Below, in pieces: positions 42,040 through 55,867 of a DNA stretch of 64,000 nt. Each line of letters opens with the position of its first letter. Within the stretch, counting starts at the first letter, position 1. The position numbers were made by a program, and so were the translations under genes. The notes under the pieces are model-generated. The model searched no databases. It was not told where the DNA came from and was given only the letters and a program-made list of their open reading frames with translations. Source of the DNA: Eledone cirrhosa (Eukaryota); NCBI GenBank assembly GCA_964016885.1, contig OZ024745.1, positions 69,626,001 through 69,690,000 on the forward strand, given 5' to 3'.

Positions 42040-42496
42040 AATTTATATATATATATATTATATATATATATATATTATATATATATATATATATTATATA
42101 TATATATATATTATATATATATATAATATATATTTTATATATATATATATATATATAGTAATAATAATAAATTTGAAGACTAAAATCCAAAGGGGGCTCG
42201 ATAAGGATAAGTATATATCAAATATATAACAACCGTAGAGCAAATATTTATTAAAATAACAGAGTAAAGTTTAAGCAAAGAGTTGCTGCTTTCACCCTTA
42301 ACGGGATCTCCTGAAACTAACAAAGTCAATCTGTAAACGCAGAAGTGGATATTTCAAAAAACGTTGCAACCGGAGGAAGAAAGGAAGACGATACTTTGGT
42401 TTGTGGAAACGTTCCTTATGCAAATAAGTAATGGTATAAACAAAACATATACTTAGCTACCACATCAAGACGTAAAATATCCACGTATAGATCGTA

Positions 42497-43110
42497 CTAT
42501 CCGTTAGGGTATAACGTGGGGCTGTAATACAGGGAATTTTTGTGCAATTTATGTTTACAAGCCGAAATTGCCTGAGATTTTTTGCTTAAGATGTGGTCTG
42601 TGGCATATAGTATTTCCAGGGCCTCAGCGGCGCAGAGGTCACATGGTCTTTTATTTCCGTTATACGATCTAGCCTTAGCTAGGATCTCCCAGTGTAACTT
42701 ATATTGGGTGTGTTGTTCTTTTAGACTCCAGATATAAGCTGAAAGTGACGTCATATTCCTTCTTAGAGGGTGACGAAAAGAATGGGTATGCATGTAAAGA
42801 CGCTGCTTGAATCTATTGGCGGTTAACCCTATGTAGGCCCTACGGGACGTGGGTGGTTCAACCTTACATTTGTAGACAATGTGACTAGAGAGGCATTTTC
42901 CGGATAGGGGGCAATCAACCCGATTCCTACAATTACAGTTAGTACTAACTACAGGGTTGCACGTGTTCCTACGGCTAGGTAGTTTAGCTAAGTTTGAAGT
43001 TGTGATGTTATGTGCAAGGTTAGGACTCGTAGAGTAAGACATTTTAATAGTATTTCTATTAAAAATGTTACTATATTTAAGTGTAAGGGGAAAATGCTTC
43101 GTAATAAGGG
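42497..43110 (-). pseudogene. Naiad-type GIY-YIG endonuclease, open but 5'-truncated
   Basis: CNCRNRVDCPLSGKC, IVYKCKV..AYIGLTANRFKQRLYMH, CDLCAAE, SACKH. Confidence 0.92.
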
Positions 43111-43268
43111 AAATATCTTAGCTAATGGTGTGACCACCTCCATATTATATGGTGGGTTTTGTTTATACCATTACTTATTTGCATAGGGAACGTTTCCACG
43201 AACCAAAGTATCGTCTTCCTGTCTTCCTCCGGTTGCAACGTTTTTTTAAATATCTACTTCTGCGTTTA

Positions 43269-43342
43269 CAGATTGACTTTGTTAGTTTCAGAAGATCCCG
43301 TTAAGGGTGAAAGCAGCGATTCTTTGCTTAAACTTTAATCTG
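43269..43342 (+). ncRNA. Full type I hammerhead fold with CAGAAGA (U4A) core; representative of family N2
   Basis: CAGATTGA-ctttgtt-AGTTT-CAGAAGA-T-CCC-GTTAA-GGG-T-GAAA-GCAG-cgattct-TTGC-TT-AAACT-TTAATCTG. Confidence 0.7.
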
Positions 43343-44399
43343 TTATTTTAATAAATATATATATATATAATTCCAATATATGGGAGGCTCCTTATTTACA
43401 TAAAACACTCAAAATAAGCATCGGTCGATTCGTTGAGGACAACATAATAGTATGATAATTATTTTTTTTATTATAAAATCCTATGAAGGTTCATTTGAAG
43501 TCGAGTAACTATGATAAATGATAAGTAGTTTGCTTTGTTTTCTTTAAGTAGAATAAATTAAACTGCCAATCATAATTTCCAGCCGGAAGCCATGATGTGA
43601 ATTATCTCCATGGAGTCGATATATGGTATAAGTATTCAACAAATCGATTCTGTTACATATAACTGTTATGGTTTCTTACTTTATCATTCTCACCTGGCGA
43701 CACTTAAGTATTTACTCAACAGTTTCAAGTCATGGCTATGTTCGGCACACATCGCTGCTTCCTGATGATGGCCTAAAGTGTATTGCAACAATGCTGAAAG
43801 AAAATGATATAAAAAAGAAGTATATACTTCGGACAAGTCAATGTTATGTCTCATCGAGTTCAACTTGTTTCGGGGTCAATAATAGTTTTATCCCTCCAAC
43901 GTCAATATTAAATAGACTGGGTTTCTGGATATCTCAACTATAATTGTTCCTGTTTTTCAGTTAACGAAACAGTCTTCTCATTAGTTAAATTAACGAGTAG
44001 GTGTCATTTAATAACCCCTATAAACGCAACATAATAAATAATGCCCGATAAGACTGGGTCTTTGAATTATGGTACAATATATGGTACAAACCTTTTCCCT
44101 CAATTTGTCTAACAAGGATTCGTTCAATCGACGTCTAACGTAAAGTCCTCTATTTCAAAATAGCAACCAGTGGAATCGAATCCGGCACCTCACATAAACC
44201 ATCCGGTCATGCTGCGTCTAACAAAATAGTTTCGGATGAAGTTGCCTCGCGCAACTTTTTATAGTGCTGTATATGCAGGGTGGGAGATAATATATGATAT
44301 ATAAATTCCGTGATATGATAATTTGGAATATAAGTTAAATACAGAATTGGAACATTTCACTTCTCAGGTAACAACAAAACATAAATTTAAATAAGCAAA

Positions 44400-44715
44400 T
44401 TATAAATGTAAACATGTAAGTATGTTTTTGAAATGTTGCGCGAGTTTGAAAATTAGAAATTAGAAATTATAAGCTTTCACCGACTAAAGACATTTCTAGC
44501 CTGATAGTGGGGTTTATAACCCTCGGAGAAATGGAAAAAGATGAGTGTTGCCGTACATGGGAGTCGAACCCACATCTTTGGTTGAACCAAAGATTCGACT
44601 CCCATGTACGGCAACACTCATCTTTTTCCATTTCTCCGAGGGTTATAAACCCCACTATCAGGCTAGAAATGTTTTTAGTCTAAAATACGGTGAAAGCTTA
44701 TAATTTCTAATTTAT
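44400..44715. mobile_element. Fold-back copy of the tRNA-like-bearing family
   Basis: Arms about 44455-44583 and 44585-44712 centred on ctttggtt-g-aaccaaag. Confidence 0.85.
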
Positions 44716-44924
44716 AATTTATAAATTTAAATATATAAGGTTCAATCAACTAATTTATATAATAAAAACTAGTTCAAGTAATATTTATTCTTAAAGTTAA
44801 TTTCACAAGCAGGCTGTTCCGTGGTTCCAATAATTAGTAAAGCTATCTCTGACATTTTTTTTTGTAAAGTATATCTAAATAACTTCCTCTAATCCTAAGT
44901 ATTGGTAATCAGTATTCATTTCTG

Positions 44925-45085
44925 AGGGTCAGACGCCATGCTTTCCAGCATAGTTACGTCCCTTAACGATCTGAGTTCAAATCCCGCCGAGGTTAACTAT
45001 GCCTTTCATCCTTACGGGGTCGATAAAATAAAGTACCAGTAATGTACTGAGTAATTGCTGGCCTTGTGCCAACAAGTAGAAACAA
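44925..45085 (+). mobile_element. SINE copy (1594 family)
   Basis: Sequence identity to 1615-1772. Confidence 0.9.
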
Positions 45086-48000
45086 TTATTACACACTTAT
45101 CATTAAAAGAATCTATTTTAGAATCAGTGTTTGTGACAGATAAGCTATTCTTAGATGTTAAACGGTATGTGATATGCAATTGTCCGCTTCATGACATGAT
45201 CGGTGTAGCAGCAAAATCTTCCTGATATCAGTAAAAAGGAAAGGATATATTTGAGGATGTAGTCTCTGATACGCTACACCTGAAAAGAAACTGATGTGAT
45301 AATCTTGACTAGCATTCATTTAGCCTTTGGTCTGTTCGGTCGGGGCTTTACAGAGCTGAACCAAATAATACAAACTATTCTGAATTGTTAGTCCTTTGCC
45401 ATGCACTAAGATAAGGCATCTATATTCTTGTGAGATGCACCAAAGACTCATGATCTGTAGAAACATTGGCCAAAAGGCTGTTTCAAGCAGTAGTACGATC
45501 ACTAATATAAATTATATCTCTATATCTTGATGAAAACATGTCACGTCAGATTTTAGATGAAAATGACTGAGTCTCCATGTCCTCACTCATCTAGAAATAT
45601 CATCGAAATATCTTTCACCCCATCATCCTGTCTAATACATGTGGAAATATATGAATTGCGTCGAGAAATCAATCCCGAAAGGGATATGCATTGCTATAAT
45701 TCCTTTAATTTGACTATAGATCTCCTGGAGCATGTGTGAGAAAAGTTCAAGATCATCGTCAAAAAGTACTTCAATATCCTCAGTAGCGACAACAGAAACA
45801 ACAGAAAACAATATCATCATAGGTATCAGCAGCAGCTGCAGCAACAACAGCAACTACAACAACGAAAACAATATCATTACTAGCAACTACAGCAAGAAAG
45901 TCAACTTTAACAGAGATTTCTCACTATATAATTTTCTATTACATTCAAATATAGAGAAACGAGAATCCATTACCTAAAATGAAGTGATTTAGCAGAAACG
46001 GTTGACCGAGCCCTAGAATAAATGTCTTAGTGATGAGAATTGTTGAAAGGTAGAAAAAAAAGCAGTGAAAACTGGAGTAAAAAAATTAGGGCAAAACAAA
46101 AATCAGTTTATATCTTCATGTTATATTGCATAATATTTCAAAGATAAGGTCCCCACCAAATAAAAAGAAAAAAAAGAGAAAACCTAAATGCAGTTTCATA
46201 GTGGTGGTGAGCTGGGCTCATTCTATTAGTGTCTTCGTGTATAGTTTTCGTCATATATTTTGCAGTTAAAATATTGAAGATAATTCTATGCTTTCCTTAC
46301 CTCCGGAGGTCGATGAAATAATTATCAGATATGTATTTCAGTAATTAGATCACCCCTATCCCTTTCTATAATATTCTGTAGCCTTGTGCCAATGTAAGAA
46401 ATCATTATTTGTATCAATAGCTGTCGTAGGAGTTGTTTATCTAGTTATAATAACAGTAGTGGTAGTGGTGGTAGTAGTTGTTTCTATTGCTGTTGTTTAT
46501 CTTTCGTATGAGTAGTTGATTGAAATCAATAATTCCAATTTTTTAGCAATTAATGAAACTTCATTATATGCCGCTGTAATTAATATAACAATACTATCCA
46601 ATGAAAACTATATTTCAAATAATTACAAAGCATTCAGCTGCAATTAGAATCAAAACAACTTTTAAAGTTGCTGGAAAAAATTGCTTAGAAGAAAACACAA
46701 AAAATAGATAAAACCAATGAATACGGAGGCAAATATGTCAGTGGAAAGTTTTAGCTGTTTAGATTCCGTCAATAATAGTTTTTAAGTGCAATGAATGAAT
46801 ATATTGCTGTGTATGTCAATAGTGGCTCATGTCAGACAATATAATCGTTATTATGGCAGCATAAGATTAAATATGGCTTTCCATACTTTACCTAAATAAA
46901 AGCCATGTTCACAGACATTTTAGTTTCAAACCATGTACTGTTTCTAACAGAAGCACAATGTGGTAGGAGGATGTCAATTTAATCGAAACCGGTACTTTAG
47001 TAGACCTGGTACTTTAATTGAAACTGGTAATTTAATCGAAACTGGTACTTGAATGGTACTTTATTTCAACGAACACTTAAGGTGACCTTGGCGGGATTTG
47101 AACTCTGAACGTAAATAGCAGGTACAAACACAGCGAAGCATTTGTCAGACATTCTAATGATATTAGTAATCCATTCTTTACGTAAGATTGCCAGAGCCAG
47201 TTAGAGCACATGAGGAATTATTGTCCAGGACTCTGACAATTTTGTCAATCAATGGAATGTTAGAGTACCGGAGGAGCGCAATTTGCGGCATCTCTTTCGA
47301 ATTCTGCTAGATATCACACTTTGGGAATCATCTTGTCCTTTCCACCAACCCATTTCAGTTGATAGAAAAAAGCAAGGATAATGAGCACTGCTTCATCTCT
47401 CTGATTAAACAGTAAAGAAAATGGACTACTATCTGTTCAGTTAATGTATTAGAATCGTTAAAGTAACAAAAGCATACCTGTATTTACTTTCTGTCTTTTG
47501 CGCTCTAAGTTCACATACCACAGAGGTCAATCAATTATTCGTTTTGATTTAATCGACAGTAACTGGCCTTTGTGCACATTTTAGATATCAATATGTGATA
47601 TGAAATGTCTCCTATTTCTTAATTGGACGTCATATCACTATCACTATCTAAGCCTGATAGGTGCCGTGGTTATATAAGACTGGCAGTAGCAACTGTATCC
47701 AAGCTTTTGGTTATTACGGGGGCGTGACAAGTACAAAATGTATCAGTACAAAGGCGCAATTGGGGAGAGTGTGAAACGACAAACTTTCGTTTTGACAGGG
47801 GTATTAATTTAGAATGATTTCTTAGGAAGTGGTTCGCCTCATGAGCTTTGTAGATTCTCCTGAACCTCTATTTAACGTTCGGCGTAAACTATTGACAATC
47901 AATGTTTGCATAAAAAGCGTGGAGAACAAATTAGCGGGAGCTCACGTTAAATGAAAGAAAGAAGGATTGGGATTAGGGGCTAGTGATAGGTCTTGTCATC

Positions 48001-49515
48001 GGGCACAATATGAGTGACAAGGAGGGGAGACGAATAACAAGTGGTTGGGGGAAGTTGGCACGAGAGTAGCCAGCTTTGGAGAATAAAGATCATTTGTAAT
48101 AAACGTAAACGAAAGGACACAGTACTTCTATAGACCAGAGATTAGAGTATGGTGTTGAAGATGTTCATGGTTATGTAGGTAGATTCAGCCCTATTGAAGA
48201 TGAGGAAGTATTGCCTCAGTAAGTTCATGTCATCCGTCTACAACTGATGCCTCTTGAGCTTAAGATGGAGTCAATGCTTAATCGCTAAAACTGCTAAATA
48301 TAGCAGTAAAACCTCCCTTGAAAACATACCTCACTGTTGTCTTCAAAAGACGCAGGAAGACATCGGATTGTGCAGTTTTGGATACACAAATTAAATTCCA
48401 TTCCTGAGACATTGGTGAACTTGAAGGTGTCTTAGAAGACACTCACCTAAAGTACCAGGCAACGGAACTGAACACAGAGTCCCGTGGTTGCAAATTGAAC
48501 TGTTTATTCACACACAGTTGCCTGCAACTCCTATATACTCACACATATTACCCATCCATGCGCTCCCGTACATATGCATTTTATATAATCTTTTAGATTA
48601 CGGATAAATAAAATGCGATACTAAGCCTAGTTGTGTGATTCCAGTAAAGCCACAGATGGAAATAGTATTTACTATACCCTACAGATGACATTGATTGACG
48701 GGAATACATTTAACTGCTACGGAACTATTAATTATAAGAACTCGGCATAAGCTGTCGACTTTTAAGACCTAGCATTACTTTTCGTACTGATATAAAAACA
48801 TGCTCAGAAATACCATAAATCCCTTATCCATGCACATGGACATAAATAAATTCTTGTAATAAATTTCATTAGATATTCAAAGTTTACAAATATCTGAAGT
48901 CAATTTGGGAAAGCTATAGTAGTATCCATGACTGTGAAATGTCTTTAGCACAACGGATAGAATGATTCACAGCCCTATGTGAACTGTGTTCGATCCCGCC
49001 TAGCAAAACTTTGGCTTTAATAGCTTCCAGGTCAATATATAAAGCACCAAAGTAAATCAGACAGAGTAAATGAAACCAACTGTGTATAGACTTAGAAAAA
49101 GATGGACTCCACCAAGTTTAATTATATAAGACTTGCACTGTCAAGCCGCTGCTACTACGTCTCCATGAGTTGTGAGTAATTTTGATTCCTGTACAACACG
49201 CCTGGATCGGCATAAACCCTGATCCATACTTATTGACATAAAGAAAATCTTTCAAGAAAGTTTGTTATATTTGTAAAGTTAAGTGCATTTGGAACAAATG
49301 GAGAATACATAATGATTTTGTTGACAATTCATAAATGGTTTAATCTTAATTGAACTGAATACGACCGTGAAGTCTAAGAAGTATATTTTGAACTTTAAGC
49401 TACCTGGGGAAAATATTTACTACAGTAGCCTTCTCTCGTCGTGTAATGCCTTGTGTGTGAAGTCTCACTGAGGGAAATTATGCGGAAGTCAGCTCTCTCC
49501 CTCTCCCTCCCTCTT

Positions 49516-49559
<44 letters not shown>

Positions 49560-49749
49560 GTATGTATATATATTGTATGTATATATATATATTCTATGTA
49601 TATATATTCTATGTATATATATTGTATGTATATATTGTATGTATGTATATATATATATATATTGTATGTATATATATATTGTATGTATGTATATATATAT
49701 ATGTATATATATTGTATATATATATAGTAATAATAATAAATTTGAAGAC

Positions 49750-49785
<36 letters not shown>

Positions 49786-49800
49786 ATATATATATATATA

Positions 49801-49995
49801 TTAGAAAGTGACGTTTTTTTATAAAATGAAAAAATCGAGGTGACCTACACGAGTGAAAGTATAAGGAAAAAAGATGAAATCAAAAATGCAACTGGAGTCT
49901 TTTTCGATAAAAATATAGATTTATTTGCTTCCTTTACCGGTTTCGCAGTTTTTCTGCTTTTCAAAAGTAGAATTGAGGTGGAGGGTTTGTGGTTT
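49801..49995 (-). mobile_element. Family H3 fragment with U3-A8 hammerhead (49931-49968)
   Basis: Reverse complement of 60875-61078. Confidence 0.8.
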
Positions 49996-50029
49996 TTATA
50001 TATATATATTTTTTTCATATAAAATTATG

Positions 50030-51410
50030 CCCTTACTCTCTTCAACTCTTCTCCTTCCCTCCTGGTCCCTCCCGCCTTCTCTTTATCCTGTACATCACCC
50101 CTCTCTATACCGTCATCCCTCATGATGACGGCCTCCGCGCTTCTTCAAGATTTTTTAGATTTACGCCCTACCCCTTACTGCAGCACTACCACTCTTCTCC
50201 GTCTGGCTGAGCTTGTTCTCACCCTCAATAGATTTTTTTTTTCGGGTGAATTTTATCAGCAGGTCTCTGGGGTAGCGATGGGAACCAGAATGGGTCCACA
50301 CTATGCCAACTTGTTTGTTGGCTACGTCGAAGCCCAGATCTTCTCTCAGTACGCTGGACCGACTCCTGAGATATACGGTCGTTATATCGACGACTGTATC
50401 GGCGCCACCCCTCTATCACGTGAACAGCTCAACTGTTTTCGTTCTTTTGTCCAATCTTTCCATCTGCTCTCAATTTCCCCGCCTCCGTCTCCGATTCTTC
50501 TGTCGCTTTTCTAGATATCTCTCCCTCTATTAATCTCTCTCACCATACTCTCGCTACTTCCATCTTCATTAAACCAACAGACTCCCAATCTTATCTCGAC
50601 TTCACCTCCTCCCATTCAACCCACACCAAACACTCCATACCCTATTCCCAATTCCTCCGTCTTCGTCAACTTTGTAGCCATAACGACGATTTCGAAACCC
50701 ATTCCCTTCGCATGGCTTCCTACTTCATCCAGCGTGGATATCCGCCCACCCTGGTCCAAGCTGTTCTCACCCTCACCCTTGAAACAGATCGCACCACAAT
50801 CCTCTCACCTCAACCCCACCCGCAACACCCGTGTTCCTTTCCCTCTCATCTACCACCCCATCACCTACCACTCCGGCGAAATATCCTCCGTTCCTTCCGT
50901 ATCCTTTCTTCTGACCCTGTCACTTCTCGCTTTTTTCCAAACACGCCCATTACTGTATTTAAGCGCGCCCGCAACCTCCGAGACCTCCTGGTTCGCAGTT
51001 CCTTTTCGTCCTCTCCCACGACACCACCCGGCTCTCATCCTTGTTCCCGTTCCCGCTGCAACACTTGTCCCTTTATTTCCATCCTCACCACTCTTACAGG
51101 CCCTAACGGGTCTTTCCTTATCCGCCATTCCTTCACCTGCACATCCACCCACGTTGTCTACGCCCTTCGGTGTTCCCTTTGCGGGTCTTTATATATCGGA
51201 AGAACGAGACGCCGTATAGCGGACCGTTTTGCCGAACATTTGAGGGACATACGACTCGGTTTGGATACTCCTGTCGCCCATCATTTCTGTTCTCCTGGTC
51301 ATTCTCGCGCTACATGTTTCAGTCCTGGGTATCCTTTTACATCATGGATCACAGGCCTCGCACACCAGGACTGAACAAAGTCTGATTCACCGCCTTGGGT
51401 CCTATTCCTC
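50030..51410 (+). pseudogene. Frameshifted Penelope-like RT + GIY-YIG (Neptune-like linker)
   Basis: LYTVIPHDDGL, YQQVSGVAMGTRMGPHYANLFVG, RYIDD, KPTDSQSYL, PCSRSRCNTC, VVYALRCSLCGSLYIGRTRRRIADRFAEH. Confidence 0.92.
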
Positions 51411-51708
51411 TCTTGGACAATTTCTCTAATAACCCGACCTTTATCACACCCCTAGATCCCTATCGCTATCTCTTGATCATTAACATCTTCTCTTACAACT
51501 AATACAGGCCGACTATATTTGCTCACTCCACCTTTCCCTTCACTGTACACATACACACCCTTATGTTAACATACTTTTGCCCATAGCTTCGTACTTACAA
51601 GCACACACACTCTTTTAGTCACATGTACATACACATTTCTTCTTAGCTTCGTATGTATGTATAATTAACACACACACACTCACACACACACATACACACA
51701 TACACACA

Positions 51709-51739
<31 letters not shown>

Positions 51740-51756
51740 GCACACACACACCCCCA

Positions 51757-51800
<44 letters not shown>

Positions 51801-52027
51801 CTTACGCACGTGTTCAAGTATAGCTCTTTTTACAAAACGATTTTTTTCCCTTTTCAGGTAGACGCGCTCCATCATCCACTTTTCTAAAAAATAAATTATA
51901 CACAAAACGCCAGCACCAACAGTTTTGCAAGAGATGTCAACATGAATGGACCTGTTATTTTTATCTAAAGACATTTTTTCCAATTCCATCCCGCCCGTCC
52001 CCTCAATGTATCTTATTTCTCATTCTT

Positions 52028-52063
52028 TCTTCTGATGAAAGACTAGCGTCCGAAACATTAAGA
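52028..52063 (+). ncRNA. Minimal hammerhead candidate in the 3' pLTR of the 50030 element
   Basis: TCTT-CTGATGA-AA-GAC-TAGC-GTC-C-GAAA-CA-TT-AAGA; probably decayed from GGAC/GTCC and palindromic ACGT. Confidence 0.7.
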
Positions 52064-52144
52064 CCCTCTTCCTGCTCTATCAAGCGTTAACCTAATATAT
52101 CCCTTCCACATACTGTACAGATTGTGTTATTTATGTTTACCTTT

Positions 52145-52182
<38 letters not shown>

Positions 52183-52514
52183 CACATGTAAGTATGTATA
52201 TCTGTGTCTGTGTGTCTGTGTCTGTGTGTGTCTGTGTTTCTGTGTGTGTATGTGTGTGAATATATTTAAATGTTTAACTATGAAATCGTTAAATTATGTG
52301 CACATTTAATAAAGAAATGTAATTCGATTGATGTGGTCGTCAACGTTCCTTCATGCCAGTGCTCCAGCATGTCCGCAGACTTGTGACTGATTCAAGGAAA
52401 TGAATAGAGGAAGGAAATATATTTTGAATATCTACAATCACACATATATTACAGGGTACGACTAAATGCAGGTCTGTATTCTGCTACACAGAAGTCATGT
52501 TCGTAAACATTATG

Positions 52515-52865
52515 GTGAATTGCCAGACTCGGTAGAGCGTCGGACACCTTTCTTCGCAGCATTGAGTTACGGCCCTTTCCATGCTGAGTTCAAATCCCGC
52601 CGAGGTTAGCTTTGCCTTTCATCCTTTATGGGGTCGATAAAATAAGGTACCAATCACGTGCGCGGGTAGATGTAGTCGACTTTCCCCTCCCCACAAAATG
52701 TGTGGCCTTGTGCCTAAATCAGAAACCATTATGTCGTGATGGCATATATTATATTAAGTACACCGCGGAAGTTAACTTTGCTTTTCATCCTTACGGGGTC
52801 GATAAAATAAAGTACCAGTAATGTACTGTGTAATTGCTGGCCTTGTGCCTAAAGCAGAAACAATT
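52515..52865 (+). mobile_element. SINE copy plus partial second copy
   Basis: B box gagttcaaatccc and core gcctttcatcctt..gggtcgataaaata. Confidence 0.85.
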
Positions 52866-54667
52866 ATATTAAGTACACCCAGCTGGTTGACCAACTCGAA
52901 ATAGCAGCCGGATCACGCTCTTATCACTCACAGTCCTCTTCATAAAAAATAAATAAATAAATAAATATTACTTTTGAAATGCAATTCCAGATATATTACC
53001 TCTGAATTTAGGGTCATGGTATGGTCATGGTTGGAATGTCTGTGTTTATAAATCTGCAACATAAACGTTGACATGTGATTAAACACAATAACAAACACGC
53101 TCATATCACGCTCTAACATCGATATAAAACGGAAAAAATACCTTTGAAAATATTGTCTTAAATTTAAATACGCCTGTAAACATAGACGTGATGGTCATTG
53201 TTGGAATGCATGTGATAATAGCGTTGATTTGTATTCACTTGGAATTCAATAAACAAAACAACAGCAGTTGCTAATAATTCTTTTATCAATTTTCGCCCAT
53301 CGAACCTACTTTAAAGTTATTAAGGCATAACAATTAAAGGGAAGCTACTCTGTTTGGACTCTTATTATTTCTTATTCAACGAAGAAAAAAAAGTGGAATA
53401 CTTAAGTAGGTAAAATTAATTGATAGAACAATTATTTGCAACTGGAACAGTCTTTGATATATTATCAATTATTCCATCATTCCAATGTGTTCCCAGGCGG
53501 CAAATTCGCAGACTCGTGAGAAAGTCGGATATAATGCTTTGTCGTACCCGTTCAAATGCAGGCGAGGTAAAAATAAATATAGATACTAATAAGGCAGAAT
53601 TTGAACGTAAAGAGACGGAATATAATTGCAAGACATTTCTTTCGATAGTCTAAATGATTTTTCCATTCGTCGTTATGCAGTTTAGCTAAAAGGACAGCTG
53701 TTAATATGGTGAGTGTTAGTTACACTTTTGGTCGCTGCCATAAAGAACAACTAGGCAGCCGCCGAGGACTCAGCTCTCCAAGAGGCTTATTATGGAATCT
53801 TAAAGGTTCACAATTTTAAACAAATTCTTGTGATTAATTTAAGGATATTTTTTTATAGGTAAAGTATATCACTAAGCATCTTTGTCACGCAGCCACATTG
53901 TAGGAGTATCTAACGTGTTGGAGAGGGTTGTATGACGTTTTGGCATGTCTCATGATTTGGCGTGACTGAGACCGGAGTGTAGAGTGGAAGATTCAGGCGA
54001 GGAAATTATTATTTTTTTTTTTTTAGGTCAGAGAAAGAAGTTTCAAAAATTAGTTGCTTCAACTCACTAAAATGTAATTTGAAATTATTTTAATTGGGGT
54101 AATGACGTGATGAATTGAGAGAAAAGGTTGTACACTATAGCAGTAGCCTGGGGTTCTAAATACTCAGGTGCTAGCTCTGGGTGGAGCTTACATAGTTGTA
54201 AGTATTCTGGCCATATCTGCTCTTTAGTGATAATTTCCGGTTTTCTTCTCACCAATCCTTTCAAGAAATGGCAAAGAGATTTGAACTTTGAATCACATGA
54301 CTCACAGTATTAAATTTAATTTCAAATCATATTCAATCTAGTTTGTTCTCCAGGGCTGCAAAATTGAAGTCCAATCACGTATAGAGGTTGACAATAACAA
54401 TTGATTCAAATTTTCTAGCCTGGAATCGATGTTTTTAAAGTTACTTTATTTCACAAAATGAGACATAGCTTAAGGCACTAAATACGCAGACGCCGGTTTT
54501 GTGTGATTGTACACCGGAAAATATTATAAAGAGATACGTTAACAGAGTTATAACTACCTATTGCGAATCACTCTTATATGTCCTGCTAATATGTCTAATA
54601 TGCCTCTTAATACTATTTCATCTCGTATCAGAAAGTTTACTGAATGCCGTAGGAAAGGTGTTTTATA

Positions 54668-54699
<32 letters not shown>

Positions 54700-54702
<3 letters not shown>

Positions 54703-54975
54703 TCTTCTTCTTTTTCTTCTCCCCCTCCTTCTACGTCTTCTTCCTTTTGATTCTTCTTTTCTCTTCTTCTCCGCCCAGTTCTTATTTGGGGAGTCACGAG
54801 TGCAGAGCCATCAAGCACACGTTCTAGCGGTTTCCAATTGTGTCCCTGATTGAGACCATGCAGATGCATAGATGACATCCAGCCATCTTGCTCGGGGTGT
54901 ACCTTTGGGTTTTCTGCTGGTTGGTTTTGTCCGTAAAATCTGCCCACGATTCTTTCTTGCAACATTCTAACCCCA
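54700..54975 (-). mobile_element. RTE-like LINE 3' fragment with (GAA)-rich tail
   Basis: Minus strand KPKGTPRARWLDVI resembles the RTE C-terminal R..GRP..RW.D motif. Confidence 0.5.
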
Positions 54976-55671
54976 TGTCCGAAATATCAGAACTCATGAC
55001 TCTAAATTCGGAGCAGTAGGGGCGCTACCTGAAAGGACTCTCTGACTCCCGAGCTACGCACTCTATTATTCAAAAGAATGTCGAAATGATGTGTCTTGAT
55101 TAACTTCTCCATTGTTTTGAATTCAGGATTTTACGATTATGAGTAGGATATCCTAACCAGGACACCACATGCATTCATTATGCATCTCAGAGCGATGACT
55201 AACCCCACGGAGGCTAAGGTCACAAGACCAATTATAGACCTAAAAAATGTCATGGCCGCTGGGGAGGATGAATTTCGCCCGAGATGTTAAAAGCCATAAA
55301 TAAAGTATTTTAAGGCCGACTCGTATGTGCCTGGTGGCCTATATCATTTGTAAGGGACCTAAGCAATGGCAATCGGGTGTAACAACAGACCAGCTTGCTC
55401 GTGAAATTAATGTCCAATACGCCAAATATTGTATAGGCACGTGTAGCTGTAACTGAATTCTCGAGGAGAAACAGTTTATTATATCTAACTCTATGCAATA
55501 TATTTACAACTTGACTGAAGCAAATAAAATGAAGTGCCTTACTCAACAGCACAAAGCGTCACCTGGGATCGAATTCACAACTTTATAATCGGGAGCTGAA
55601 CAACCTTCTCATTAAACCAGGTGCTGTCAATACAACAGCAATATTACATCACATATTAGATATGTTTAATA

Positions 55672-55867
55672 TCATAATTGAAAACATGTCAAATTCATCG
55701 GGTAATGTTCGGGGTGTCGAGTCACGTTTTGATAAACGTCAGACTTCTTTTCATAGAGTGTCAACGGTTTTTCATGAAACATTGAACGCAACAGAAGATC
55801 AATGGCATCGATCTTTCTGGTCTTGGAGAACCGGTGAAAGTCATGGCCACAGTCTCTTGCTCCATAT
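55672..55867 (-). CDS. Candidate terminal coding exon of an unidentified host gene
   Basis: Acceptor gttcttatgttgtag followed by 64 open codons YGARDCGHDFHRFSKTRKIDAIDLLLRSMFHEKPLTLYEKKSDVYQNVTRHPEHYPMNLTCFQL-stop; complex and non-repetitive. Confidence 0.4.

Larger units (their letters stand above)
42158..43356 (-). mobile_element. Truncated Naiad-type PLE (family N2) with inverted 5' pLTR 43156-43356
   Basis: Open EN ORF plus pLTR in both orientations; (TA)n flanks. Confidence 0.92.

Noticed and set aside
42497-43042. Selenocysteine recoding, reported for some Naiad PLEs
   Set aside because: All conserved Cys positions visible here and at 11622 and 28755 are ordinary Cys codons; no SECIS recognised
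43755-43825. CTGATGA-TGGC..GCT-GAAA hammerhead
   Set aside because: No UH followed by a stem I partner; at best a dead relic
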